From an uncultured Candidatus Saccharibacteria bacterium (GTDB lineage: Bacteria; Patescibacteriota; Saccharimonadia; Saccharimonadales; Saccharimonadaceae), in assembly GCA_947166895.1 (NCBI GenBank), contig CAMVFY010000001.1, forward strand, positions 7,522 through 71,521: 64,000 bases of DNA, in the 5' to 3' direction. The notes under the pieces are model-generated. The model had not been told where the DNA came from, searched no databases, and worked only from the letters and a program-made list of their open reading frames with translations. The first letter of the stretch is position 1. Each line of letters begins with the position of its first letter. Position numbers and translations under genes: made by a program. Positions 9,732 to 19,781 of the stretch are shown here, in pieces.

Positions 9732-9808
9732 TTTTTGTGTCAGAAAAACTTTACAGTCGGGAGTCGGACCTTCGGTGCGACTCCCTCCACTTGCACCATT
9801 TTTGTGTC
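9711..9808 (+). repeat. 31-bp direct repeat of the tRNA-Gly 3' end (att-like)
   Basis: 9711-9741 versus 9778-9808, 30/31 identical. Confidence 0.9.
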
Positions 9809-9815
9809 TTTATAA

Positions 9816-9844
9816 TTGACATTTTGAGTAAAGTGTGATATAAT
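9816..9844 (+). promoter_or_regulatory. sigma70-type promoter
   Basis: TTGACA-17-TATAAT with AAGTGTG before the -10. Confidence 0.85.
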
Positions 9845-9899
9845 TGAGGTATGTAGCTTAAAATCTGGGAGCAAATTAGAGTAAAAGGAGGACATAACT

Positions 9900-10337
9900 A
9901 TGTCTAAGCAGGCGGTACGCAAGGAAAAAGAGGCTGGGCCCGTTGAGCCCGCAAAGGCCACTCCCAGCGACAAGGTCGACAACGAGATCAGACTTGAGGA
10001 TCTCAAGGCCGAGGTCGCTCAAAAGGTAAAGGAGATCGAGGAGCTCGAGAAGGCTGAGGCTGAGCGCAAAGCGGAAGAAGAGCGCAAAGCGGAGGCAGAA
10101 GCCAAGAAAAAGCGGGCCAAAACCGACAAGCTGAAGGATTTGGCTCAATCCTACGAAGGGGTCGGACGTGCTTACAAGTACTACGATCCCGTGACGAAAA
10201 CCTACGGGCTTTCGTCGGACATCTGGAAGGCAAAACAGATTTCGAATGGGAATTATGAGCCCATTTGGGTCTGGTATGCCACCGGAGAAATCGATCACGT
10301 CCTCTCGAAGGACGAACTGGAAGAATACCTTCCGTAA
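9900..10337 (+). CDS. hypothetical protein with charged coiled-coil region
   Basis: AGGAGG SD, own promoter and terminator; C-rich codons unlike flanking plus-strand genes. Confidence 0.75.
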   Translation: MSKQAVRKEKEAGPVEPAKATPSDKVDNEIRLEDLKAEVAQKVKEIEELEKAEAERKAEEERKAEAEAKKKRAKTDKLKDLAQSYEGVGRAYKYYDPVTKTYGLSSDIWKAKQISNGNYEPIWVWYATGEIDHVLSKDELEEYLP

Positions 10338-10488
10338 CCCAGATTTTAAGCTCAAGTACCTTGAAAGAGGTCCGGCAATCGTCGGGCCTTTTTCATGCGG
10401 TTTTTTTGGCGTTTTTGGCGGCGAATTCTCTAATTAATACGCTAATGTATAATAAAATAGACATAAGCTCAAAATACTGATATTTATA

Positions 10489-10517
10489 TTGACAAAAAAG
10501 CTAAAGTGTGATACAAT
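10489..10517 (+). promoter_or_regulatory. sigma70-type promoter
   Basis: TTGACA-17-TACAAT with AAGTGTG. Confidence 0.85.
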
Positions 10518-10672
10518 GTAGGCAGTCTGAGTTTTGGTGTGTTTTCAAAACAAGAAGACCATTTACAACCAAATCATCTCAGATTTCAAATGAAATCTGA
10601 GAGCTATCTAACTAACTCCCCACCCCCGGGGGCGTTAGCCTCCGGAAAAAATTATGAAGGAGGCTAAAAGCC

Positions 10673-12598
10673 ATGATTTTAAGCATTATTTTGGCAATCA
10701 TTGTGGCGCTGGCGATTGCTACGGCAACGCATTTGCTCCACGGGGGCGGGTTGACTGAAGAGGTCGAAACCCGTACAGGAAAAAAGAGGAGCAAGTTTGC
10801 TTTTCTGAAGGAAGTAGGTTCGGATGAATGGATAAAGGCCATTTGTGTCGGTCTGATAGTGGGGGCGATAAATTATTTTACGCCCAAGCTGTCGGCTGCA
10901 CTGTGGCTGGCTCCGGTTTTCTTGGCCGTAATGGTGGCCTGGTATATTTATTTGATGTACTGGTGGCACCGTGATGGTTCTGAGTGGATCGAAGTAATTC
11001 CGTTTGTCGTGCTAGCGGTTGTGTCGTTTTTTACGATGCGGGCTACAGCGATGGCAACAGCGGCGCTCTGGAACAGTGCGTTTTGGACTTCTGTTGTTGT
11101 AACTATTCCGTGGCTGTTCATTATGGCAACGATCGGATTTATCATTATCGATGCGTTTTATTTCCGCTATCGGGAAATGTATGAAGCTGAAGATGGTGAC
11201 TCCGATGAAGTGCTTGATGAAAAGGATGAGAAGAAGGGACATTATCATGCACTAGGCATTCTTGCCAGCGTGGTGACGACGATTATCCTGATTGTCATTT
11301 TGGCAACTGGGGTAAAGTGGTCTAGTTTCAATCTTCCGGCACGGAATGTGACTCAGCCAGTAGTGGTGGAGACGCCAACTGTAACGCCGAATGAGCCGGT
11401 GATAACTGAACGAGCGGCGCAGCCGTTCATAGCCTTTTTTAATCCGTCGATGCTGAAGGACGAGGACTCTTCGAACGATTTTAACTTTGGTTATAATCCG
11501 AGAGAGTTCTTTCCGGAGTGGACGGAGGCGAAGGATTTCGACCGTGATTTTCGCGATCGGATTGAAGTTGACCCGGCGCTACTCGCGGCAGATGCGGCTT
11601 GGCTTGATGCAGTGGTCGGAACCAGATACACTGGTAAATTTTATGACTCTTGCAAGGGTGACTGGGCGGAAACTATGAATCAGGCTAAAGTCAAGTTCAT
11701 GGAAGATCCGGAGCTTTATAAGGCGACTCGGGAAGCGTGTTTCGCTTTTCTCGATTCGGCGACAAAGGTCGAGCTGAAGGAAGCTGAGGATATGGACGAT
11801 CAGATGTATATGAACCCGTTCACGGTGGACGGAGTGCCTGACATCATCGTCATGAAAACGAACGACCACACTGGATTGTTCCTAGTGTATAGTTTCGAAA
11901 TTAAGGGAGAAGTGTTTGAAGTGGCGTACCGGATTGACTGTGGGTATCAGCCCACGAACGTCGAGAAGGTGATGAAGATTCCTCCGGTGAAACCGCCGGT
12001 GAATCCTACTCCGACACCCACTCCTACGCCCACTCCGACTCCGACTCCGACGCCTACGCCTACACCGACGCCCACACCGACTCCCACGCCTACTCCGACT
12101 CCGACACCGACTCCCACGCCGACTCCGACACCCACGCCTACTCCGACTCCGACGCCGGAACCGACGCCGGATCCTCCGGAGCCGTGGTGGCCTTATTATG
12201 ATAAGGATCCGCGCGAAGGAGTCCAGGGCGATCCAGTCGCCCCGAATGACAATCCGGGACCTGGACCGAACACCAACAACGGTCGCGGCGCGATGGAATC
12301 CACTGAGGATTTGGATACAAATTCCAATCACTATAACAGATATCGGGATTACCAGAAGGACCTCGATGAGTTGGAGGAAATCAACGACAATCAGAGAACT
12401 GGGGACGATAATAATCGGCCCTCGACTCCGGCACCGACGCCTGGCACAAACGTTGATAACAACGGAAACCGGGGCACTGGAAACGGCGGCATTAACAACC
12501 CGACTCCGGTGGAACCGTTGGTGGAAGAAGAAGACGGAGACACAATTGTCAACAATCCCTCGAATCCGGCTGGCGAATGGGGAGGCCCGCCGGATTAA
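10673..12598 (+). CDS. membrane-anchored protein with (PT)25 linker and Asn/Asp/Pro-rich tail
   Basis: About six N-terminal TM segments; Pro-Thr repeat; GGAGG SD. Confidence 0.8.
   Translation: MILSIILAIIVALAIATATHLLHGGGLTEEVETRTGKKRSKFAFLKEVGSDEWIKAICVGLIVGAINYFTPKLSAALWLAPVFLAVMVAWYIYLMYWWHRDGSEWIEVIPFVVLAVVSFFTMRATAMATAALWNSAFWTSVVVTIPWLFIMATIGFIIIDAFYFRYREMYEAEDGDSDEVLDEKDEKKGHYHALGILASVVTTIILIVILATGVKWSSFNLPARNVTQPVVVETPTVTPNEPVITERAAQPFIAFFNPSMLKDEDSSNDFNFGYNPREFFPEWTEAKDFDRDFRDRIEVDPALLAADAAWLDAVVGTRYTGKFYDSCKGDWAETMNQAKVKFMEDPELYKATREACFAFLDSATKVELKEAEDMDDQMYMNPFTVDGVPDIIVMKTNDHTGLFLVYSFEIKGEVFEVAYRIDCGYQPTNVEKVMKIPPVKPPVNPTPTPTPTPTPTPTPTPTPTPTPTPTPTPTPTPTPTPTPTPTPTPTPTPTPEPTPDPPEPWWPYYDKDPREGVQGDPVAPNDNPGPGPNTNNGRGAMESTEDLDTNSNHYNRYRDYQKDLDELEEINDNQRTGDDNNRPSTPAPTPGTNVDNNGNRGTGNGGINNPTPVEPLVEEEDGDTIVNNPSNPAGEWGGPPD
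12005..12154 (+). repeat. (Pro-Thr)25 coding tandem repeat
   Basis: 25 consecutive CCN-ACN codon pairs with varied third positions. Confidence 0.95.
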
Positions 12599-12790
12599 GC
12601 ACCATAGATAGCTATGTGGGTGAAGTCCATGGGCGGGACGGCCCAAGTACCTTAGTAAAAAGTCCGGCGGTTTTGAACCGTCGGACTTCATCCAAGATTT
12701 GAGACTGAGATGATTTGGCTGTACAGACGAATATTAACAATTCGGCTAGCAACACAAAATTATTATCAATTATTTAAAGAAAGGAATAAT

Positions 12791-14068
12791 ATGCGTAATA
12801 TTTACAAAAGCATTTTAGGCTTATCTGCTGCTGTAGTTATAGCAGCCGGTACGCTAACTCCTGCTATCGTAAATGCTTGGGGTGACTCTAACAATGGTCG
12901 TCCGAGCTATACGTTGTCGCAGATTGAAAATGGGGTACTTGGTAATACAATTACCTTTAACTCCATTTCAAATAACCAAAAAATCGGAAACGAAAAGAAT
13001 TTCGTCGGTGCAAAAGTAGCTGGTGAAAAGGTCACCACTTGGAATGCCGACACGATAAATGTGAAAGATGGCGAAACTTATACGATTCGTCTTTATGTTC
13101 ACAACAATAACCCCAAGGGGTTAAATGCAATTGCTAAAGATGTAAGAGCTACCTTTAGCGTTCCTACTACAGTTGCTAAAACTCAAACGATTATCGGGTA
13201 TCTTGATTCTTCAAATGCCTACCCGGCTCGTTATTGGGATGAAGTAACCCTTAAAGCTAGTGAGGATGTTTACCTTGAGTATGTTGACGGTTCGGCTAGG
13301 TATGTAAATGCCAAGCTTGGCACCGTTAAACTTGCAAACTCAGTGGTAACCTCTGGTGCGCTTTTGGGTTATGATAAATTGGACGGCAATATCCCTGGTT
13401 GTTATAAATATGACGGCGTAGTGATGATTGACGTTAAGGTCCATAGCTCTGTAGCTGCGAAGGTCTCTAAAACTGTGCGAATTAAGGGCAGCTCTGACAA
13501 GACTTGGAAAGAATCTGTTACCGCTAAAGTTGGTGATGAAGTAGAATTCCAAATTGAGTACGTGAATTTACTTGCATCGCAAGTGAATAATGTGATGATT
13601 CGGGATGTGCTTCCGACTAACATCGAGTACGTAAAAGATTCTACTTATCTTTATAATGCTGCTTACCAAAAGGGTATTTTGCTAAATGATAATACTTTGG
13701 TTACCAATGGTATTAACATCGGTAGTTACAGCCCTAAGGGTAATGCTTATGTTCGCTTTACTGGTAAAGTAGTGAATAAGACTTTGGCTTGTGGTTCTAA
13801 CCAGTTAGTTAACTGGGCAAGCGCTACGGTCAATAAGGATGTTTACAAGGATGATGCGTCAGTGATGGTTAATAGGGATGATGAAACCTGTAAGACCACT
13901 CCGACACCGACTCCTACTCCGACACCAACTCCTACTCCAGAACCGACTCCAACCCCAACCACAATAGTGTCGACGGGTCCGGAGACGATTGTAACTGGTG
14001 CGATTGGTGCTGGTTCGATCGTAACCGCTGCTGGTTACTTTATTGCTAGCCGTAAAAAGTTAATGTAA
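12791..14068 (+). CDS. secreted DUF11-like repeat protein with PT linker and xxTGP-type C-terminal anchor
   Basis: Signal peptide; KTVR...VTAKVGDEVEFQIEYVN...IRDVLP; STGP followed by TM helix and RKK. Start set by AAAGGA SD. Confidence 0.75.
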   Translation: MRNIYKSILGLSAAVVIAAGTLTPAIVNAWGDSNNGRPSYTLSQIENGVLGNTITFNSISNNQKIGNEKNFVGAKVAGEKVTTWNADTINVKDGETYTIRLYVHNNNPKGLNAIAKDVRATFSVPTTVAKTQTIIGYLDSSNAYPARYWDEVTLKASEDVYLEYVDGSARYVNAKLGTVKLANSVVTSGALLGYDKLDGNIPGCYKYDGVVMIDVKVHSSVAAKVSKTVRIKGSSDKTWKESVTAKVGDEVEFQIEYVNLLASQVNNVMIRDVLPTNIEYVKDSTYLYNAAYQKGILLNDNTLVTNGINIGSYSPKGNAYVRFTGKVVNKTLACGSNQLVNWASATVNKDVYKDDASVMVNRDDETCKTTPTPTPTPTPTPTPEPTPTPTTIVSTGPETIVTGAIGAGSIVTAAGYFIASRKKLM

Positions 14069-14145
14069 TTGACCGCTTCACTAGGGTGGTCTCAAAAATA
14101 AACTCCGTAACAGGGGTTTATTTTTTTGTGAAAAAGGAATTAAGC

Positions 14146-14174
14146 TTGACATTTTTTGTGAAGTGTGGTATAAT
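14146..14174 (+). promoter_or_regulatory. sigma70-type promoter
   Basis: TTGACA-17-TATAAT with AAGTGTG. Confidence 0.85.
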
Positions 14175-14272
14175 GAGAGTATAAAGTTAGAGGCAGCTTT
14201 GGTAGATTAAGTATTAGGAAGATTGTCAGAATTTCACTACATTTTGAAAATTAATATGGGGAGGATATTAAA

Positions 14273-15094
14273 ATGAAAAAGGTATTTTGTGTCATTTTGG
14301 TCATGGTGGCGCTTTTGACTCTCGTGGCGTGTAAGAAAAAGACGCCCACAGTGTCGACGACGCCCAGTGTGGCAAGCGGTGGCTATGTTACGAGTGGACC
14401 TGACGAGCCGCGTGTGACAGAGTCGCGGCCAACCGAGTCGCCCAAGTGGGAAGAGTTTCCGGAAGTGAAACTGGTCCCAAAACAAACTCCAGGAGTAGAG
14501 GATGAATATGCAGGTTTGGAAATGTCGGGTTTTGATTTGGAAAGAGCGGGAGTGTATCTTCTAAGAAATGATAAGATCTACACTATTGATGATCTGGCAG
14601 AAGTGAAGGAGAAATACCCCGGGTATGGCTATTTCATCTCGCCAGGCAGAATGGAAATCTATCGTTTAAGGGGTATGGAAGTAGTTTCGCATGGCGACGT
14701 GCCGGTATTAGTACTTGAAGAGTCGGATAAGATAGTGATGTGTTCGCCTAAGGGTGACGTGCCAATACTGCGGTTATACACTACGGTGTATGAGGGTTAC
14801 ACTTTGCCGGTTTATGGTCGCGAATACTATGATTACAGTATTCATTCGAGTAAAGCTTGGGTAGGAAAGTATGATGCAAAAAGCATCACTATAACAGATA
14901 GTGAGGGCAACGAGAGGGGAGTCAATGGTCTGGATAGGGGAGCAGAGTACACGATTTCGTGGTACATAGGAACTTTGTACGATGAGACGACTCTCGTTGC
15001 AAACTGCCGAGCTTATAGCCTGGAAGGGACTACCCTCACCGAGATCAAAGGAACGTTGACAACTGGCTGCAGGATATTACTGCGTGTCTGGTGA
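14273..15094 (+). CDS. putative lipoprotein
   Basis: MKK, hydrophobic stretch, LVAC lipobox-like motif; GGAGG SD. Confidence 0.7.
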   Translation: MKKVFCVILVMVALLTLVACKKKTPTVSTTPSVASGGYVTSGPDEPRVTESRPTESPKWEEFPEVKLVPKQTPGVEDEYAGLEMSGFDLERAGVYLLRNDKIYTIDDLAEVKEKYPGYGYFISPGRMEIYRLRGMEVVSHGDVPVLVLEESDKIVMCSPKGDVPILRLYTTVYEGYTLPVYGREYYDYSIHSSKAWVGKYDAKSITITDSEGNERGVNGLDRGAEYTISWYIGTLYDETTLVANCRAYSLEGTTLTEIKGTLTTGCRILLRVW

Positions 15095-15210
15095 AGGAGC
15101 AGGGCGAGGAATAATCGAAATTCGATAATCTTTTAACCTAAAAACGTGTCGGTTTTCCGGCACGTTTTTCTTTTGCAAAAATAAAAATGCTTATGTTATA
15201 ATGAGGATAT

Positions 15211-16059
15211 ATGAATCCGTCATCCAATAATGTTTTTGGTGATACTCCTTTAGGCCAGGGTAGTATTTTGGTGTCTACTCCTGAAAAAACTACTGATAAA
15301 AAATGGGTGATTTTTGTGGTGATTGCGTTTTTGATTCTGATTGGTGCGATTGTGGCGCTTGTAATCATTAATCGTAGCGCGGGAGAAAAAAGGAACGTGG
15401 AGGGGGTAGAAACTGCGTTAGGGAGGTTAGCAAATTATACCTATTATGGTGGCGATGGTTATTCGGATAGTATTTCTGCAATGCGACCAGAGCAAAGTTA
15501 TTTGATGGGAACACTGATGGGGGTGTTTGATAAAAATGTTTTGCAAGGTTATTATTCGGAGAGTCTTTTACTTTATGATGAGTATGTGAAATTATCAGAT
15601 GATTTTTATGCGGATGAGGGTGAGGGAAAGATGCTTGCGGATAATGATGCCTATATGAAAGGTATTTTAACTTTCTTGCAGGCATATACGATGAATGTTC
15701 CGCAGGTGATGCCAGAAGATTATAACCTGACCGAGGCGGAGTATCTAGCTAAGTTTACGGGGATTTCGGATTTGGATTCCGAGGTATCGCGGGATTATCT
15801 TGAGCTTCAGGGAGAAAATTACAGAGCAGGTAGAAGCGTTTTTGCAATATACTTGGCAAAAGGTTGCTATCAAAATTCGGTCCTATCGCCGGAGTGTGTT
15901 GACGGGCTAGAATATTCTGCAGATGAAGCGGATTTGTTGGCTGAGTTAGATGTTATTTCAACGAATTTGTTTGAATATCCAAGTTTATTGGTGAGAAAAT
16001 TTTACAATCGGTGCTTAGATAACTACAACATAATTCAAGGTGGCGAAGAAAATGCTTAG
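15211..16059 (+). CDS. single-pass membrane protein
   Basis: One TM helix near the N-terminus; overlaps the start of the next gene. Confidence 0.75.
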   Translation: MNPSSNNVFGDTPLGQGSILVSTPEKTTDKKWVIFVVIAFLILIGAIVALVIINRSAGEKRNVEGVETALGRLANYTYYGGDGYSDSISAMRPEQSYLMGTLMGVFDKNVLQGYYSESLLLYDEYVKLSDDFYADEGEGKMLADNDAYMKGILTFLQAYTMNVPQVMPEDYNLTEAEYLAKFTGISDLDSEVSRDYLELQGENYRAGRSVFAIYLAKGCYQNSVLSPECVDGLEYSADEADLLAELDVISTNLFEYPSLLVRKFYNRCLDNYNIIQGGEENA

Positions 16060-19000
16060 GAAAACTAATCGAAAAATTGCTGTAGTAATTGCGATGTTCG
16101 GGTTACTTTTGAGCGTGGTTTGTGGAGGGCGAGTATTTGCCGATAGTGTAACGGATTACAGTAATTCGCAAATACGAAAAGCTTTTTTGACGGCAATGTA
16201 TAATTGCTATACAAGTGGAAAGTTGGAAACTACGGCGGGGTACTATTCGGATTTTAATGTGGTTGATTATAAGCGTGATGAAGCCTTGGAAAAAATCATT
16301 AATGGTACCAATAATGTTTATTTGCCGGCTGGGCAAACGGATGTCGCTAGCGATAAATTAAGCTGTCGCCAGCTTTTATTGGGGGCAAAATCGTTTTTCG
16401 GAGATCAGATTTTTGCTGGATTACTAAGACTTAGTGGGCACTATAACGATGGGGCTGAAACATTGTTGAAAGGGTTGGGATATACAAATACTACAGTGGT
16501 GGGTGCTGGCGGTGAGGAGGTAAGTGGTCGAAAATGTATGTCGTTTGCTTATGATTGGAAAACTTATGAATTTAGCGTTTGGGGTGGGTTTAGATATGTA
16601 CTTAAGGATACTAAAACTTGGACCAGTCAGAACGTTTGCGCGGACACGGATGGCGACACTATTACTGGGTTTAGTATAGAGCCAGATAATTGCCCTTCCT
16701 CTGGTGATGGGTGGGATAGATGTTTATTCTTCAGATTTCGCGAAACTAACGATGGCAAAATAACCGTCACTACAGAGGGTGCGGGCTATAGTGGGATTGG
16801 GCTTACGGTTACCTCTGGGCTTCCTGTAACAACTACACAAGGGGTTGGTAGTAGTTGGAATGACTTTAGCAGAGAACTGGGGAATTTGGTAGGCAGTAGT
16901 GTACAAAGAGTAGAAACAGGCTCTTCTTCTGTAGGTAGTAACCCGTCGTATTATGTGATTGATAATCTGCATGCCCAAGGAGTGGAGGATACGGAATCAA
17001 TTTCAAACGATACTTTGTACAGTATGCCGTCTGGAAGATCGCAGGACGAAGTTTATCGGCTAGCTGGGGATGCGGCCATTAGATATTTATCTAATGGTAC
17101 CATCACTGAAGGTGATGATTTAAAATTTGATCCAAACGATAAACTGAACTTCTACCTTTATATGCTGAAAAATCATTTTTTTGAAGGAGTAGCTGCATCG
17201 GATTATTGGGTTTGTAATATTGATGAAAATAATTTTTCGCAGGCGAGATTTGATTACGATATTTTAATTTCGGCGAGTGGGGCGAAGGGTGAGAGATGTA
17301 AGATTGACGGGGATATGGCTTCGAAAACGGATACGATCGAGGGGATTTCGGGCGATTACTACGATTCGACTGGTGCTACGAGGATGAATTTGGAGCAGGT
17401 GATTGCCGCGATTAATGAGCTTTTGGCCGAATATGATATTGACGATCCAAATTCAGGAATTATCGTTGACCCCGATATTGATGATACTGAAGGCGTAGAA
17501 CAAACATGTGCTAGTTCGGGGGCGGCGGGTTCACTGGGATGGATTGTGTGCCCGATTATAGAATGGATGAGCACCGCTGCTACAGATGTTTATAATGACT
17601 ATGTGAAGCCGAGCTTGCAAGTACAACCGACGATTTTTACCGGTGCTAATGACGGTGTACGCGGAGCGTGGGAGACATTCAGAAATTTTGCAAATATTAT
17701 TTTTATAATTATCCTCATGGTGGTGATTTTCTCCCAGTTGACTGGATATGGGATTGATAATTACGGTGTAAAGAAGATACTGCCGAGACTAATTATAGCG
17801 GCGGTATTGATTAACTTGTCGCTTTTGATTTGCCAAATCTGTGTGGACCTTTCAAATATAGTTGGTAATGGACTGCAAAATTTGTTTGATGGCCTGGCGA
17901 ACGGAGGGGGGTTAACAGACAAAATAACAATTAGCGGAAAAAGTGGTTCGATAGGTAGTGGTGATGCTATTTCGGCGATCGTAATACTTGTCACTTTGTT
18001 TGGTGCAATCGGAATCATCGCTAATCCGGCCATATTATTAACTTTGCTAGTGTCGGCCCTTGGGGTGCTGATATCGATTTTGTTCCTGTTTGTTTTACTG
18101 GCTGGTCGTAAAGCGGCAATTGTAATACTTACTGTGATTGCGCCGATAGCCTTAATCCTATTTATGCTACCAAACACAAAGAAATACTTTGATAAATGGC
18201 TGAAGTTGTGGGGGGCGATGTTGCTTTTGTATCCGATTTGTGGTTTGTTGGTGGGGGGCGGTAATTATGTATCGAAATTGCTACTTTCGATTGGTACGGC
18301 GGCGGAAACGAGCCCGTTTGAAGCCTTTACGGCGATGATTATCGGAGTGTTGCCTATTTTCTTTATTCCTTCACTACTTAAAGGATCATTTGCGGCGATG
18401 GGAAATATCGGAGCAAAGGTGTCTGGTATTGGAGCGAAACTTCGAAGTGGAGCGACGAGTAGGATGCGTGGATCGGAGTTGTACAAGGGAGCACAGGAGC
18501 GAGGTCAAGAACGGCGAACGAGGTTACGGGCCGGCCTAAATAGGAGAGGGGAAGAATCTGTTACTGGTAGTATAAGAAATAGTTTGGGGATTGGTAGGCG
18601 AGGAATGGCGAGAGCCAGGGCGCAGTACTTGAAGAATCAGGATGCGAGAACGAGGGAAGGAAGTTTGATGGGTGTGGGATATGCGGCTGCGGCAATTGGT
18701 TTACAGAAGAAGGCAGAAAAAGATGAGACGGCGGACTATATGACACTCATCAATAACGAAACAAGGAATGGTGAAAATACGGATAGACTGTATCAGATGT
18801 TTGATGAATACATGGAGGCAGGCAATAAGGCTGGCGCGGTGGCAGTGGCGAGAATTGCTGGGCGACGAAAAGATACGGCTGACGATTTCTTGTCGAAAAA
18901 AATTACTGGTGTCAGAGTTTCTAGAGGTGAAAATGGGGAATTGGTAGAAACGATGTCGAATGTGTCGGCTGGATACAATAAGAAGACTTTGTCGTCGGTA

Positions 19001-19774
19001 ATGAAAGAGATTTCAACTGGTGAAAGTAGCGGAATGTATCGTTCTTCGTCGCCACTTGGCTTTGAATTTGCGGCGCAATTTAACCGTGAATACCGTGAAG
19101 ATGAAAACGGTGCGCCTGTGGATGGGGCGGGAGAAGCAAACTATGAGGTTTGGAGAGGTGCAACAGCTACCGATGAAAGTGGACGTACTATCAGGAATGT
19201 AAATACTGACAGATCGATGAGTAACTATGTTACTGATAGCAGGGAGCTTGTGGGGGTAAAGAATTCGTCGCTTCGTGAAATGAACAAATTGATAGAGGAT
19301 GGAGCGATTTCCCCAGAAGAAATTGGACGCTTGAGGAGATTAGCTAACGATACTATTAATAATAAAGACTCTACCGGTGTGTGGGATACGACTAAAGCAG
19401 AAAACATTTATCGTATGGCTGGAAGGTTGGATGAATACAGGGCTATAGCGGCTTCTGATGACGGGAGAAGTGGCACCACGACTACTGGCGGTGGTGCTAG
19501 CGAGGGTGGCTCTGGCGCGGCTTCTGGTGCGACTTCTGGTGCGGCTACGCCGACTCAAACTTCGGCTCCGCAGCCTGTGGTAACGGGGCAGAGTACCCAA
19601 AGGCCTCAGGCGATTAGGGAGCCTCGAAATAGTAGCAATGACTCTACGCCTCGACGTGAAATAATTTTAGACACTACCGGCGAGCAAGCACGACAAGCGA
19701 TGCGTGAGTTTGATGAACGGCAGAGAGGCAATCGTAATTGGCCAGGAAACCAGATAGGGGACCAGACGCGATAA
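16040..19774 (+). CDS. large VirB6/TrbL-like membrane protein with extracellular N-terminus
   Basis: Signal peptide; central multi-TM block (FANIIFIIILMVVIFSQLTG...KKILPRLIIAAVLINLS...VDLSN); long charged C-terminus. Confidence 0.65.
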   Translation: MAKKMLRKTNRKIAVVIAMFGLLLSVVCGGRVFADSVTDYSNSQIRKAFLTAMYNCYTSGKLETTAGYYSDFNVVDYKRDEALEKIINGTNNVYLPAGQTDVASDKLSCRQLLLGAKSFFGDQIFAGLLRLSGHYNDGAETLLKGLGYTNTTVVGAGGEEVSGRKCMSFAYDWKTYEFSVWGGFRYVLKDTKTWTSQNVCADTDGDTITGFSIEPDNCPSSGDGWDRCLFFRFRETNDGKITVTTEGAGYSGIGLTVTSGLPVTTTQGVGSSWNDFSRELGNLVGSSVQRVETGSSSVGSNPSYYVIDNLHAQGVEDTESISNDTLYSMPSGRSQDEVYRLAGDAAIRYLSNGTITEGDDLKFDPNDKLNFYLYMLKNHFFEGVAASDYWVCNIDENNFSQARFDYDILISASGAKGERCKIDGDMASKTDTIEGISGDYYDSTGATRMNLEQVIAAINELLAEYDIDDPNSGIIVDPDIDDTEGVEQTCASSGAAGSLGWIVCPIIEWMSTAATDVYNDYVKPSLQVQPTIFTGANDGVRGAWETFRNFANIIFIIILMVVIFSQLTGYGIDNYGVKKILPRLIIAAVLINLSLLICQICVDLSNIVGNGLQNLFDGLANGGGLTDKITISGKSGSIGSGDAISAIVILVTLFGAIGIIANPAILLTLLVSALGVLISILFLFVLLAGRKAAIVILTVIAPIALILFMLPNTKKYFDKWLKLWGAMLLLYPICGLLVGGGNYVSKLLLSIGTAAETSPFEAFTAMIIGVLPIFFIPSLLKGSFAAMGNIGAKVSGIGAKLRSGATSRMRGSELYKGAQERGQERRTRLRAGLNRRGEESVTGSIRNSLGIGRRGMARARAQYLKNQDARTREGSLMGVGYAAAAIGLQKKAEKDETADYMTLINNETRNGENTDRLYQMFDEYMEAGNKAGAVAVARIAGRRKDTADDFLSKKITGVRVSRGENGELVETMSNVSAGYNKKTLSSVMKEISTGESSGMYRSSSPLGFEFAAQFNREYREDENGAPVDGAGEANYEVWRGATATDESGRTIRNVNTDRSMSNYVTDSRELVGVKNSSLREMNKLIEDGAISPEEIGRLRRLANDTINNKDSTGVWDTTKAENIYRMAGRLDEYRAIAASDDGRSGTTTTGGGASEGGSGAASGATSGAATPTQTSAPQPVVTGQSTQRPQAIREPRNSSNDSTPRREIILDTTGEQARQAMREFDERQRGNRNWPGNQIGDQTR

Positions 19775-19781
19775 AAATCAT

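Noticed and set aside
11882-12691. Long antisense ORFs (Arg-rich, poly-GV) and any CRISPR-like reading of the repeat
   Set aside because: Shadows of the Pro-Thr codon repeat; no repeat-spacer structure anywhere in the window
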